DNA of 62,840 bases, filler included, from Choristocarpus tenellus KU-1152 (lineage: Eukaryota > Protista > Phaeophyceae): assembly GCA_964200185.2 (NCBI GenBank). It is 9 parts of 9 records of this genome, joined end to end, with 100 filler letters (N's around TTAATTAATTAA, not from the genome) between each part and the next. Parts side by side here need not be neighbours in the genome. Positions count along the whole stretch, not along the records: positions 1 to 13,293 come from CAXNAD020001535.1; 8 more parts are not named here. One strand, written 5' to 3'. Made by a program: the position numbers and the translations under genes. This document shows, one piece after another, positions 1-13,392 of this stretch; positions within the stretch are counted from its first letter, which is position 1; each line of letters opens with the position of its first letter. The notes under the pieces were generated by a model. The model saw only the letters and a list, made by a program, of their open reading frames with translations. It had not been told where the DNA came from and did no database searches.

Positions 1-24
1 CCCCCCTCCCAGATACTTTGGGTC
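1..24. mobile_element. Terminus of family-B MITE (truncated by window start)
   Basis: CCCCCCTCCCAGATACTTTGGGTC matches the termini of the copies at 11255-11431 and 23657-23841. Confidence 0.7.
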
Positions 25-25
25 C

Positions 26-540
26 ATACATGCACAACTCTTCGAAGAATGACAAAAATACCAAGTATGAATTCCCTCACGTCAGTTTCATGGATCATTG
101 CTTTCACCTCCAAGATCAACTAAGAGCGGATCCAACAATCTTGGCTGTTTCTGGAAGCATGATGACCAGTCAAGCACTCTCTTGAACCGATTAAAAAATA
201 ACACAAAGCAAGTGCTATTTTTATGAAAAATTTCGTGTAGAGTCAAACCAATTGAGAGGTAGGCAGGGTTGGACCCTTTTGCATTCTATGGCATCTTTTA
301 TACCCTGTTCATCACACTCTATTTCATGGATGTATGCGCACAATAGTATACACAAAATTGATATTCCTCCTCCTTTCCACACTCAAAGTGACATCACATA
401 CAACTAAAGACTCTTTCTGCCATTGTACAAAATGACATATTATTCCTTTAAATATAAAATGCAACCCTTGCCTACGTCTAAATTGGTTTGACGCTGTATT
501 AATAAAAACGGGTAAGTAGACCACAAATATCACAATAATC
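26..540 (-). pseudogene. Decayed Sola/DUF7869-type DNA transposase fragment
   Basis: Minus frames read FCTMAERVFSCM*CHF...QFCVYYCAH and MQKGPTLPT. These align, with several synonymous substitutions, to FCTIRQRTFTELWCQF...QSCVHYCAH and LQKDLNLPT at 22.4-22.6 kb. LQKxLxLP resembles the Sola1 D-LQK-L-LP motif. Stops and frameshifts present. Confidence 0.5.
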
Positions 541-999
541 AAAGAATAACAGAAAACTCATCTACGTTCCATGCTATTATTTTTTATCAAACGATAGGTA
601 GGCGCATCACTCGACTTCAAGATGTGAATAAGTGATAAAGTAAGGACTGAACTGGAAGTACTTTGAATGTCTTGGTGCTCTATGATCGCAAACATGGACA
701 CTCCTCGTGCATCCAACACAACTATATATTTCTGCCATGTGCAGTGTTGGATCGGATTCCACAAGAGGAAACGAACATATCACGAACCGTAATGTAGACG
801 ATGCCCTCGTGAAGACTCAGTATTACGACAGTAGGATTGAGGTCAACTATGCCGAAACAGAGGTTTCGCTTGTTGTTCATGAAGACAGCTAGTTGCACGT
901 CTTACGGGGGATGAGTGACTACCCAAGATTATAGTGTTTGAGGAAATTTGTAAACGAAAAAAGGAAAATGATACCAGGATGGGCAGGAGAAGAACAAAT

Positions 1000-3900
1000 G
1001 ACCGGTTGGTGCGTTTACAACACAGTCTTTAGCATTTCAGTGGGATTCTGGTTGGATGGATAGCATACAATGGCAGGAAGCTGATACAGGCAGGTGTAAT
1101 AGATAGATGAATGTGTATGTGGTGGTGGATGGAGCCAACAAGCACTTCATGGACACCTGACATCTGTAACAAGTGCATGCAATCCATCATCATGCCCAAG
1201 CATGCAAAAAAAGGGTAGTTGTTTGGTCGAGATCAGGTATGTATGCAATTGTGTGATGTTCGGATGAACAAAAGGGTCTCCTGAAATATGAATCAGATCC
1301 TTGATAGAGATTGTGGTTTCGAAGATGTTTGTCTTGACTGAGGGGTGCGGCAGTGATCTAGTGATTTGTGACTTGGTCTTTATTCCCGATTACCTCTTAT
1401 GATAAAAACCTGCATATCCTGTCTCAATTTCAATTGATTTTCCTCTATACTACCTTTCGACCGTTTTTCTGGGAAACCCCACTAAAAGATCTGGAACAAA
1501 TGACAACAAATAGCAATCACAATACAATATAAAGCTAAATCGACTAAATAACTTCCCATTCAATACAGTAGACAGGCACAACGTCTAGATGCAAAATGAT
1601 TACTTACCTGGTACACACACCACAAGCAACCAAGTATATTCAGAGCTCGACCCTGAAGGGAAAAAAGTCCTACTCCTCTTCCCCTCCCACACCCAGCAAA
1701 ACACAACATACAGAGGCAAGTTGTGGAGGCGAACACAAACTGTAAAAAAGTTAAAAGACTCCCACAGCAATCTGTATCTTCTTAGCAGAGACTCAGGGAG
1801 CACTTGCTTAAGCAGGTACCAAGAACGAAGTGTATCAACCCCAAAGAACACATGGATGCAAGGATGAGGGTTGATAAATCCAACCAATCTCTTTGAGCTG
1901 AATATATATTTAAAGGGGGCTTTTTGGTGAGTGTTGCTGTACACGCTAAGCTCTCCACACTGTATCAAATATTGGCACACTGGTAGGATAACACCACTGC
2001 TGTGATGTACTTCATCGCCTTTACAAAATTAGGATATAGGACAACAAAGGGGATGGGACGGGGGGCGCAATGTGAATAATAATTCTCATGCACACAAGGT
2101 GTTAAACAGGAAGTAAAATGATGTTCCTTTAGAACCTACCAATCAATTGAATCACTATCACTCGGTAGAAATAGCTGCTATCAGGAGGTGTTGGACCTAT
2201 GGAATTTGGAGCCAATCACAAAAAAAACAAAAGGCTCTCGCAGCAAACACACCCCTGTAGCAACTCTACTCCACTCCATGTGATGAATATCTTGGAAGGG
2301 CAAACAGGGAAGAAACAAAGACACATAAGAGCGATGAAGTGGTGCTACGCAATGAAGAGGCTCAGGGAAGGTTACGAAAAACAAGCAACATGAAATATAA
2401 GCACAGTTGGGGCAAAAGAGGGTAGACCAGCCCTATGGCATTTAACAGAAATCCATGCCAGGAGAAAGAGGTCAGGTTTTGCATGGCAGTTTCATCACAT
2501 GAACAATGATTCTTATGGACAGAGACAGGTGTGGCATGGCTAGTGTCTTGTTGTGCGACATTTGATACCAGGAAACCTGGTGTTTGCATGTGTGATAGAC
2601 CCAAAGTGCTGATTGCCATACACGCCAATTACCTCTCGGATCTCAGTCTCTGAAGCAGAAGTTAACAATACGGGCATGCCATACCGGGGAATACCTAGGC
2701 TCTCCGCCTGAAGATCAAGGGGGCGGAACAGTTGTACGGTCACCAACATAGGCAGTGCAGCAATAAGAACAGGGATGCAAGGAAACATTGTTAGGGCAGG
2801 GGCATAGTAGGATGTCATGTGGGTTTGACAGAGAGCTGAGGGCAAAGGGGTTCATTCTCGTTTGAGGAGCAACTCATGTCTTGCAAAAGAGGTTGCCAGC
2901 AAATGCACGCGCATACACACTGCTGTACAACGAGTATATTGTCCTGCACATGTCCATTTAAGAAGTACAAGGGTATCGGTTCAGCTCAGCTGCACCTTCC
3001 ATTATACTCTTGGGTGCATTACTCTAGGCACATAGCACCATGTAAGGGAACTTTACAACTCAAAAATATTCCAACAGAATGGATCTCGCCTTGCCCGACA
3101 GCCTCATGGCAATATGAACTGGTTCTGTGACTCTGGAGCCCCAACATAGACCCTGAGCCTCCCTGCTCCTTCCCTCATTTTTGTCACCTATCATTACATG
3201 GAAGAAATTTTACGTTCCCTATGAGGTTCCACCAGCAGAGATTAGAAACCACACTAATGTTGTATCATACACTGATTCTCATCTCACCGCCTGAGTGAGC
3301 TCGTAGAACCTTGCCTGCCAACGCTGCTTGGCCTCCGGCATTGCTGCTAGCACGCCCATCAGACGAGAAGCATCGATCTTGGGCCCTGGGGGTGCAAAGG
3401 CAGGCCCAAAGTAAAGAAGACGGAAGGATTAAGAAAGAGATAGTCCGGGAAGGATATGAAGGGGAGAGTTGCCTCCTCACCGGCTTTCCTTCTTGGACTC
3501 AATAGTATTCCACCACTTGAAGGGCAGTGTCATCATGAACAGCTGTGGAAGCTTTATGGCAACATCAACGCACCTCTGTGAAGAGCAATGAAAGCAATGA
3601 GCTGAGAGAAACGAAAATGAAAAGCAAATGTGTCATGATATCACTGCCTTGTATTGTCTTGCACATGCCACCGCCTGTTGGTAAGCCGGGGAAACTGACA
3701 ATATTAGGTCAAACAAAAGGAGAGATTAGTAACAGCGAAAGCATTGGGATGGCCAGGAGAGCCAGGAAAGAGGGAGGGAGGAGCTTGCCTCCTTGAGTTC
3801 CTTGCTTCTCCACCATCTCCTTTGCTTGGCCATGGCAGGGCTTACTAGGTGCCTGGCCAATGACAACACTCATGGATGGTCCGCCAATCTGACATTTTAT

Positions 3901-4930
3901 TTCCTTCTCCTTGATGGCCTCAAAGCCACACACCTGCTATGAGTTTGGTCAAGCACATCAGAGGCTGAGGAGGCATGCTCGGGGCAAGGCATATGAAGGT
4001 ATCAAGGAAAATACACTCCCCTCTCCATTCCATATGCCCACAAACACACCTTAAGGCAGTCTGAGACTAGTTGCTTTCGTGCAGTATTGTCTCTTCCAAT
4101 CCACCCTTGAAGAGCCTTGCTAGGGAAGCAGGAGTCGGTGAAGCTGATCACCAAAGGTGCTCCAGGAACTAGCACACGCCCCACCTCCCTCGCGATGTCC
4201 TCAGGGTACTGGGGTAAGCAAAAGGACCAGTGCGATACATCAGCAGAGACGATCTAGGCTGTATGGGCTGTAAGGAATAAGGACATGCTTGAGACTTGAG
4301 TGGGCTTAAAAAACCCCCAATGATTCCTACAGGTTCACAGTGACCTGAAGAAAACTATTCTAGCTTCACCCAGGTTTACACTGCATGTTGAAGGAATAGT
4401 GTTACACGATGTCAGGAGAGGCACATGAATACCTTGAGGTATTGCCATCCGCAGCAGCACAATACCGCATCCATGCTCTTAGAATCCAGAGGAAGCACCC
4501 TGTTTTCCTGGTTCAAGTCCCTGAACACAGAGTGAGCTTAGCAACTTTATTCCATTTGTGTGTGTGGGTATACATAGGGTGTGAACACATGGGCATAACA
4601 TACAATTAGACACTAGTTCAACCAAGTGAGTCCGGGCCATACTTTGTTACTATATCAACACTAGATTTACACTTTTCCAGGTAGAGTGTTTTATTTGTGG
4701 GCGTGGTCATAATGTCCAATGCGATCAGAAGATGCACATAACTACATTTGGGGAGACCAATGAGATACTACAAGTGGGCGATGTGGATACAAAATGTTAC
4801 CCTTAACACCTTGAGCTCGCACCTTTTGAAGAAGCCATCCAGGGCATAGTTGCACCATAGCTCTGCAGTATTCATGCCGTGCCCTTCAACATGAGCATAC
4901 TTCACCCCTTCTGGGAGATGACTCACCTGA
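1000..4930 (-). pseudogene. Decayed Mutator-like (MULE/SWIM) transposase
   Basis: Motifs occur in the expected order on the minus strand: ACLCTPRAQ (~3390), HEAVGQGEI (~3095), GIPRYGMPVLLTSASETEI (~2670), NAIGLVYP...LC/FHV (~2420), YPNFVK (~2030), and a possible SWIM CxC...CK (~1020-1080). Heavily degenerate; boundaries approximate. Confidence 0.45.
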
Positions 4931-7137
4931 AACAGAGGGGTCAAGTGACAAATACAACCAAATCGTAACCCTGCAACACCCCATGCTCCCTACTACCCTA
5001 GGAACCTATGGTCATAGGAGCTCTGAGCTCAATTTATCAAAAACGTCTCGCCCTTCAATTCCTTCATTTCCTCATTCAATCATGGCTCACGTTTTCTTCA
5101 TTTGTGACTTACCCAAGAGCTGCAGAGATCAAGCACCCTTCCACCATCGGGAACGATCTGTTTGTATAATTTCGAGAGCTGACCTAGAGACTCATGATCG
5201 GCATGGAGGCATAGGCGGGGGGACTGGTAGAACAGGTGGTCGGGGCCCTGAGAACAGAGATCATATCGATATCGACAACGGTGTCAATCTCGAAATCAAA
5301 CAAGGGCTGGAAACCTACGGCATGGTTCGATTTATCTCACCAAGTAGCTCGGTTCTTGAACAAACAATTAGTGTCGACACACCGTGCGACGCATATGCTC
5401 ATATTGAGCCGAGGATTCTCACCTCGTCAGCTCGACCTCGTTCTGTCTCGTCCAGTACAAGTCCCATTTTCGGCATGGCATTCGTCCATTTGGTCCATCG
5501 TCTATATTTCGCAACTCCAGGATATAGAACCTTGTGTGCAATAGGAGGGTGTAGTGTAAGCGCCGTCACCAGGGTGAGTGTGTATGGGAACCAGACCAAA
5601 AAAGCAACCCTAAACATCCTGTTCAACAAAACACTGAATTTCAAACTATCAACTTTCTGTCGACGACGCCTGCGATGGTGCTCTATTACCGAAACGGATT
5701 TCAAGTTTGGATTTGGAGATGGTTCAAAAAAAATCTTGAGGTGCAAGTGCGCTTTCCTGTAGGACTACAATGAGCGGGCAACTTCAGAGTAAGGCGAAGC
5801 TTGGAGTGAGGTGGGTAATTCGCCAGAGATCTACCGGCCGCGGGCGGTGTACACAGCCGGTTAAGGCCTTGCAGTTAGATATCTCGCTTAAGAGTGTGAT
5901 ATTGGTAGGGAATTGATCTACGATAATTTTTGGGAGAAAATGATTTATAAGTGCAAAACACGGTCACCTTCACAGAAGTTGTTTCAGCGGGGGCGGAACT
6001 TGTCGTTATGTCGCCGAAGCAAGCCGAAACACCTGCTCCTGCTATGCTGTTGCCTCGAGAGCATAAACGAGTATAATGTCACTAAGTTGCGCATCTGAAA
6101 CGATGGCAAGTTCCACTTGGAGAGTCTGCTACAACCCTCCACCTCACTCCGCACAGATGGCAGCTAGATGCGGCCTTGCTGTCCAAGCCAGCTGATTTGT
6201 CTGTTTTGGTGTCCTTGAGCCAGAACAAACCGAAGGTGTGTTTTGTAACAACATGAGGCAGAATTATGGTTCGTGATGAAGGTTTATTTACTTCAGGACA
6301 GGAATACTAGATCATTATCCTTTCTATTATATCTATGTTTTATTGTACGTAATATTGGAAATATTGACGTCTACATATAGATATTTCCATCCCTCAGGAC
6401 AACGAGGTAGTAGAACCTTTTGTTAAGTTTGTGGCACCCCTCATCAATGACTTAAAGATGCAAATGAAGACAGAGTCGATATTGATGAAAAATAGGCAGT
6501 CTCGACTTGCTTCAGAATTGTTGTCCTGAGAAGATCACACATTGTATCCACCTGCCCTGGCTACCATATTCTCTTCTTCAACCTCCACACACAGTGTAGT
6601 AGTGATCCTTTTAAGGAACACTATAAATAACACGTTGTACTCTTAACCCAGAGACTCGCTCAACAATTGTCCATAATTTTGTGCTCTGAGATATATCATG
6701 TGACTAAACATATATTGTATTTCCACCTCAAGATCCTGCATCCAGCGTCACTTCCCACCACTGCATCCATCCCCTTTACGTTTGTAGGAATTTATGAAAG
6801 ACGACACCTTGCACATCATGGTGAGCAAGCTGCTCAACTGCCAAGACGAAGACCTTTCTGATAAGGACACTAAACTCGACGTACTATCCATCCTTGGCAA
6901 CCTTGTGAGTGCCTTTGGGGACATGCAAGATTATTCAGTGTTGTTTTTCAACCAGAGGTAAGACTGTGGCAACTCTCTCTCCTTATTGCACCAAATATGG
7001 GAGGAAATGGTTTTGCTAGGGAGAAAACTCTGGTTGAGCTGCTTCTCCTCCCGGTGGTCTCTCATCCCAAATGCTGTATATGTGATACAAAGTAGGAAGA
7101 TGTTGGATGTACCACGTACTACATACTTCAAAGTACA

Positions 7138-7168
<31 letters not shown>

Positions 7169-7707
7169 TCGATTTGAACAATGCTTGTATGGTGTTAGGT
7201 GATGCCAGAAGAACAATCTTGAGTAATCACTGTGCTTTTTTCTGTACCTCGAATGGGAGTAGGGTAGAGTTGCAAGGGGTCCGGATTGAAACCAAGTGCA
7301 TTAGCAGTTGGCATATAGCTTGCATGCAAACCTGGTCCAGCGGTGAACACCATCTCCCAGTAGCAGTTCGTCCACAACCCCCTGTTGATGGAGGGATTGG
7401 AGAGCTCTGTTACAATAAACCTGCCTGCAGCATCATCTCCTCTTTCGTGAAATGATCTACTCCAGTACCATTTTAGTTCACATGGTACAATGGTGTGTAT
7501 TTAATGGTAGGAGGATAGTTTTCTTTCAACATAGCACTCCTTTGTTCCATCCAACATGTGTTAATGGGGAACAACACCCCACATCAAGATCGGCAAGGTG
7601 CTCTCTTTATGACTGAGCAGATGTTCACTATTGTTTACAAAAGATCAATGTGTTACTCTCTCTGAGACAGTGTACCTAAGGTCACAGTATTGCACTGGAC
7701 GTCAACA

Positions 7708-7967
7708 GAGTCAAAGTATCTTAGAGGGCAGAGTCATGTCCGTTTGGGGTTCAAAATCCAAGGTTACGATTTTTATGTAATTTTGTCTATCGTGTTTGTT
7801 AGGAAGTGTCAATATCCTTGTTCCGGACACACCTTTTCATGGTGTATATACATTTTCGTACTCCGAAACAATTTGGAGTAGGAAAATGTCATAAAACCCC
7901 CTGTGGGAAGTCAAGCTCCAAACAGACAAACAGGGCAAAACTCGTACCCTCTAAGATACTTTCACTC
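7708..7967 (+). mobile_element. Family-A MITE (260 bp), GAG...CTC termini, 4-bp TSD AACA
   Basis: TIRs GAGTCAAAGTATCTTAGAGGG / CCCTCTAAGATACTTTCACTC; AACA on both flanks; four other copies in the window. Confidence 0.9.
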
Positions 7968-10900
7968 AACACCAGGTTGGTATTTTGAACAATAGCAGAT
8001 ATTGATGAAACTTGAGACCAAAACCCCAGACCCTTCAAACCCAACAGCTCACCAAAGTGCTGACTATTTACTGCAGTAAAAACGATTCTATAGGAGCAAC
8101 AGTATCAAGGCACGGAGGGACGACATCAGGGATGAGTGTTTGCTCCGGGAGGGGTGTATTGAGGTGGAAAAAAAACTTTAAAAGGCACAACATTCAAGAT
8201 CATTTACGAATGTCAAGTGCTTTCGCACTAATATCTCACAATGCCAAAGATCATTTCTGCCTGGATCAGGTTGCCTTGTGCACTAAAGGAATATCGTACC
8301 AACAAGCACAATTACCAACGTGTTGCACCTAGTCCTTAGCGACAGAAGTGTAGGGTCGTGTTCCAATCACCTCAAGCAGCATCCCATGAGAGTCTACACT
8401 ACATCATCGATCTTCTACTCTCAGAGCGGAAAAGTGAATTTTTCACCCACCCTTCACGCCTTATCTCACTGTTCACATCGGGAATAGTCTGGTCATGAAG
8501 ATGAGCTGATTAAAGAGGAGGTACGAGTGTGTCTGCAGGGAGTCAGCGCTTGGTTTGAAGAATACATGCAGACTCTGGAGGGAGGTGGCCTGGGCCAGGT
8601 AAGGCAAGAAATAAGCCTGCCTGCTGAAGTACTCCATTCAATATCTTCAACTCTTTGACGAAAAACTGAGTGCCCTGTGGGAGGCTGCTAATAGTGAGAG
8701 ACTGCTAATAGAGACTAGAGCTAAGCACACCGGGTGACAGGAGAGTATGTAGCACAGCCTAATATTGTAGTCACCATGACTCTCTGGAGTCATACATGGA
8801 CTAAACTTCACGCTCCAGTACAAATTACGGTACTCTTCCGCTCACCTGAATGTGTTGATCTCTAAAACTCATTACTCAGCAGTGCTTCTACTGTTGCTGT
8901 CCTCTTTATTCACCGCCTGCTTCTTTTTTTAATGCAAATAACAAGAACCACTCTGCAGGTTGTTGTTCCTATGGCACTCTTGAAATTCAGAAGAGTCAGT
9001 AGGCGTATGGGGTCCTGTCCCTATCAGTCACAACAAAAAGTTCAAGCCCTAAATTCCTTCAATTCTTGGTTTTACGGGAATCACCATTTGTAACGGGATA
9101 CCTTGTGCAAGAGCCTGGAGTGTCTTTCTTTTGGTATGTGTAGCATGAACACGGAAACCAAGAGCCGCTCCCGATCGTCGGACACACTGCTCATTTCAGG
9201 TTTGCCAAGAATGTCAATTGACAGAGAGAACTCACAGAACTTGGGCACTGTAAGAAGTGTATCAGAGCACAAGGATACCCGGTCAGAACTCCATATGTTA
9301 CCACTCGTAACTCTGTACAAGCACCCTGAAGTATGATAGTAGTATGATGTCAGGAATAATGTTCCCTGATTGGTGTATATCTACACTGGTGTTGCCGAAA
9401 AGAATGCAGGATATTTCGAATCCCTGCTGAGTTGAGGTCTTTTCAAATGTGGAGGTAAGGTTTGAATTTTGCACAGCTCAGGGCTTGGACAACTCCCATT
9501 TTCCACCCTTTATTGTTCTTACTCACTCCTAATATTGCAAGTTGCGCTTTCCCAATTGCTCCAGGGCACATTGCGCACTCAATGCTCATCCTTCATATAC
9601 TATGCCCCACGATCCCTGCATCATTCCTTCCTTATTGGATATTTCTTTCCCTACCCTTCATACATGATTTCGTACAACGTGGCAGGAGCCTGAGCTTTTC
9701 AAGTCTATGCTGCTATTGCTGTCAAGGGCCTGGAACTATGAGGTTGGAACCCCCAAGATATATGTGTTGAAATCGATTCTTATTGTTCTTGCACCCCCTT
9801 GTCATCAGCATTGCCTGCTTGTCAAGATACTGTACATTTTTCCTCCTACTGCACTGAGTTAGACCTGGCCAATGCAAGGCATACGTGATATATTTAGGGT
9901 GCCTGTTTCAAGCAAAAATATCCATTGAGCAGAGAGAGAGAGAGAGAGAGTACGCATAACAGTTTTTTTAAGATCTGCAGTCAACAGAGACATGTGGTGC
10001 ACATCTTGTTTGTCTCATTGATACAAAAAATATTGGAGTTAGGTATGTGGATGTCCTTGAGGAATAGGCTACTTTAGTGTGTAAGAGCAATCCCAGCACT
10101 TGTGTTTGCCTACTCGGTGGGGTGTCATTGTTTTTGTAATTAGACAATCACTCAACCTCTCTTGGTTGATAGGAGCATGTTAACCTGCCCCCAAATATAA
10201 ATATGCCCAACTGAGATTTCCTAGTCCAAATACTGGTCATTACATCATGATATAATTGTCTGTCCCAGATGTAGCTTTATTAGTATCACCACACCACAGA
10301 AAACTGTCCTGCCCAGACTCAATCCTCCCCTTTCCTTTGATATTTGTACTTGTGCTTTTGTTGCATGGACATTTGTCGATCTTATCTACCCTGTAGCTGA
10401 AGACGGAGGATCTCCTAGAGCTGACCAGGGGGGATCGAGGGTTAGCTTTGGACTCGGTGAGATAAAAAAAAATACGAACAAAAACACTGACAAAATCATC
10501 ATGGTTGCCAGTCACAGTGTACTGTACAGTGCTACGTACACACCCCTTCCACTCCCACGCCCCACAACATGCACCTGTGCAAAGAGAAGGGGCACATGCA
10601 TTGGTATCACCATAGGCCAATAAAGCATCACTTAAACAGCGCCAGAATCGTCCAGGTGTACATGGGTGATTCTTTCAAGACAAAGTCTTGTTGGTGGGCA
10701 TGACATCATACAAGCATTGATGATGGCAAGGGTAATGGAACCTTCATCATCGAATTGAACAAATGGGAAGAAATGGTCAACATTCCCTGCCTTTCATCCC
10801 CAAATATTGACATGGGACCTGAAGGGGAGGTTGCCAACCCCCTGCACCATCTTCCCTTGAGCGTGTTTTGTACTTTGTGCATTTGTAGTACTTTCCTTGC

Positions 10901-11254
10901 TGCCCAGCTCCTCACTTGAGAATGACAACCTCTACGGTTTCCAAATGCATGCAAGAAATGCCGTGTGTGTCAAATATTTCAAGACAATCTCTACAAATCA
11001 TCTCACTGCAACTACAACTAAAAGACTAGTCAGATTTACCCTTTATTTTCTACCAACAACCTTGCTAGTCTCCCTACAAATACATCTACAGCACCATACC
11101 CTCCACTGCAGCACTTGCAATTTTCAGTATTGAATTACCAATGTGATTCATGAACAGATAATCTATTCTTAGGTCCCTACAATACATGAACTGGAGGGAG
11201 AGCTAAACCGGAAAAATAATGAAAACACATAACTGGCTATATACCGTTCCTAAT

Positions 11255-11431
11255 GACTAAAAGTATCTGGGGGAGGGTGGCGGCTGTAAATTCAGGGCCC
11301 ATTTTTCCATGTCGCAATTTTTGGGTGATTTGGTTGCATGCACTGGATAGGTAATGAAAGTACACTTATCCTGGTCAGGGCCTGAATGGACACCCTGGTG
11401 TAGAACCCCCCTCCCCCAGATACTTTGAGCC
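11255..11431 (+). mobile_element. Family-B MITE (177 bp)
   Basis: TIRs GACTAAAAGTATCTGGGGG / CCCCCAGATACTTTGAGCC; interior homologous to 23657-23841 and 34553-34730. Confidence 0.85.
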
Positions 11432-13255
11432 AATCCATTCCCCTCTAGTGGTGTCTATAGTGTATCAGCAGCACTAACCACTACTAACCTCAAGCCCTTT
11501 GATGCCTAACTTTGATCTTTTTGTTTATCCTCTCTCTAACTGTTCGATGTTCAAGGTGGTGGGTGTGTTGGAGGAGGGAAAGACATACTCAACAGAGCTT
11601 ATTCAGAGAAGTAAGCCCCGAGAAGGGCAAGTGGCACAATGGGAGCACGAATTGGTGCGCAATCTGGTTCTGCACTCCTGAACTGTCTCCTCACGCCCAA
11701 CCTTGCATTGTGAATATTGTTGCCAAAGATTAAAAATTTCTTTACTCCAGCGTGCTCTGTATTCCTCATGGTTTGTGTGGAAAACTTAGGTGCTTTGAAG
11801 TATCCTCTTCCTCACCCATGGCCCAGAGAGCATTCAAGTTCTGACAGATGAAAGTTTGCAAGTGTGATGTGGGTGTCATACCCTCGGCTAGAGATCGTCC
11901 TGGAGAAAGTCTTCGGAACAGAGGGTTTGACAATGGATAGGATGCCAAATTGTGATTTGTACTGAGCTATGGGGTTATATTCTGCGGCAGAACGCTCGAC
12001 TAGTACACAGGAAATGGCAAGAGAATAAGAAGTCAGTATTGGGGCAAAGCAAACAGTGGTTGAACTAAGGGTGCAGTGTTTATCACCCCCTACTCCGCTT
12101 TGTCTAGCTTTGGAAAAAAAACGGGCACAACACCATGGGCAGTGAAGTATTCCCTGGGCAGAATACCCTCCAATGAGGTTGATAGGACTTGTCCGAACTT
12201 CGTGTAAGATGAGAAGAGGTTACAGATAAGAAATGTAGTAGTTTGCAAAGTATATACTCCTGGAGAACAAGGTTGGATGAGGGCGCCATGCATCGATTGA
12301 TAGCTCTGAGGGAACAGTCTTTTTGGCAAAAGCGCCACAGATATACTTTGAAATATGTATCATTGTGGTGAGTTACATTTTCTCTATAGGCTGTTCTCTT
12401 CGAGAGAGGTACAGTTTTTAGAAGTGCTCCAAGTCTCTCCATCCCTTTTAGAGACGGTGCACAATGCTCTTTGCCAAATACTGGGAATCTTGAATGTGAC
12501 GGAAATACTATTTTGCCGCACAAGAGAACTGGTACACACATATTGGTACCCAAGTGTGATGTGTTCCTATCATGTCATGTTGAAAGCAATTGAGTTTCCT
12601 TTGTCAAAGGATACAACTGGCAACATCTTGTGATAGATAAAAAAATGTGATTTACCCCTGATGTCAAACCCCAGCAATATACTCGAAAAATGGGTTTAGG
12701 GTAAGAGTTAAGAGTTCGAGCAAGAGTCCATCAATCCTCTACCCTTGAATGTGCAAATTTGCCGACTTGTGATTGTTGAGGGATAATGAAGCCCTGCTGA
12801 AAGAATAACCACTTCCTCTCCAAGGAAAGAAAAACACCAAGGGCTAAGGCAAACCTCTTCGCTTCCACTGCCCCACCAATCCTAGCGGAATTTTGAGCCC
12901 CACTATTCCCCCCTCCAACAATGACTGCAGGTTTACAGAAGGCATGAGCAACCCCTTGTTCTGCAGTTATGTCGGCTTGTCCGTGGCTTCACCCACCCGG
13001 GCACGTACTTCAATGCTGAGATGAGGGAAGCCATGGGCGCAGGTGTGAGGGAAGGAGGGGGGGATGTCAACCTGGCGCTGTATTCTGTGGAGGAGTTCAG
13101 CACTGAGATGGTGAGTATCTTTGCAGGAGAACAGCTGATCATCGATAGGGGGTCTGTGTGTGATGATGACGAGATTCCTGCACCTATCAGAGCATGGGCA
13201 ACATGCAAAGAAATAAAATAAGAAGAAGGGATTATCTTCTAACTATCATCACTCT

Positions 13256-13293
13256 GGGTCAAAGTATCTGGGGGGGGGGGGGGTCCGGCGGCC
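13256..13293 (+). mobile_element. Terminus of a family-B-like MITE at contig end
   Basis: GGGTCAAAGTATCTG followed by a G-run, then the contig break. Confidence 0.65.
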
Positions 13294-13392
13294 NNNNNNN
13301 NNNNNNNNNNNNNNNNNNNNNNNNNNNNNNNNNNNNNTTAATTAATTAANNNNNNNNNNNNNNNNNNNNNNNNNNNNNNNNNNNNNNNNNNN
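13294..13392. other. Artificial contig linker (N-run, TTAATTAATTAA, N-run); also at 19888-19987, 32070-32169, 38379-38478, 46122-46221, 51982-52081, 55741-55840, 59974-60073
   Basis: The same ~100-bp spacer with a six-frame stop 12-mer occurs 8 times. Confidence 0.98.

Noticed and set aside
4983-5762. 259-aa plus-strand ORF
   Set aside because: No recognisable motif. The minus strand shows exon-like pieces (VLYPGVAKY...RADE|GTGAGA), so the strand and coding status are unresolved.
8950-9340. Possible SET-domain fragment (CSC...LELFVVTDR)
   Set aside because: Only a few residues match; no NHSC or ELxxDY motif found.
10706-10954. HAFG / LKGRW Harbinger-like motif
   Set aside because: The motifs are spaced too far apart for the Harbinger nuclease pattern.
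13338-13349. Recurrent TTAATTAATTAA palindrome
   Set aside because: Artificial linker embedded in N-runs.
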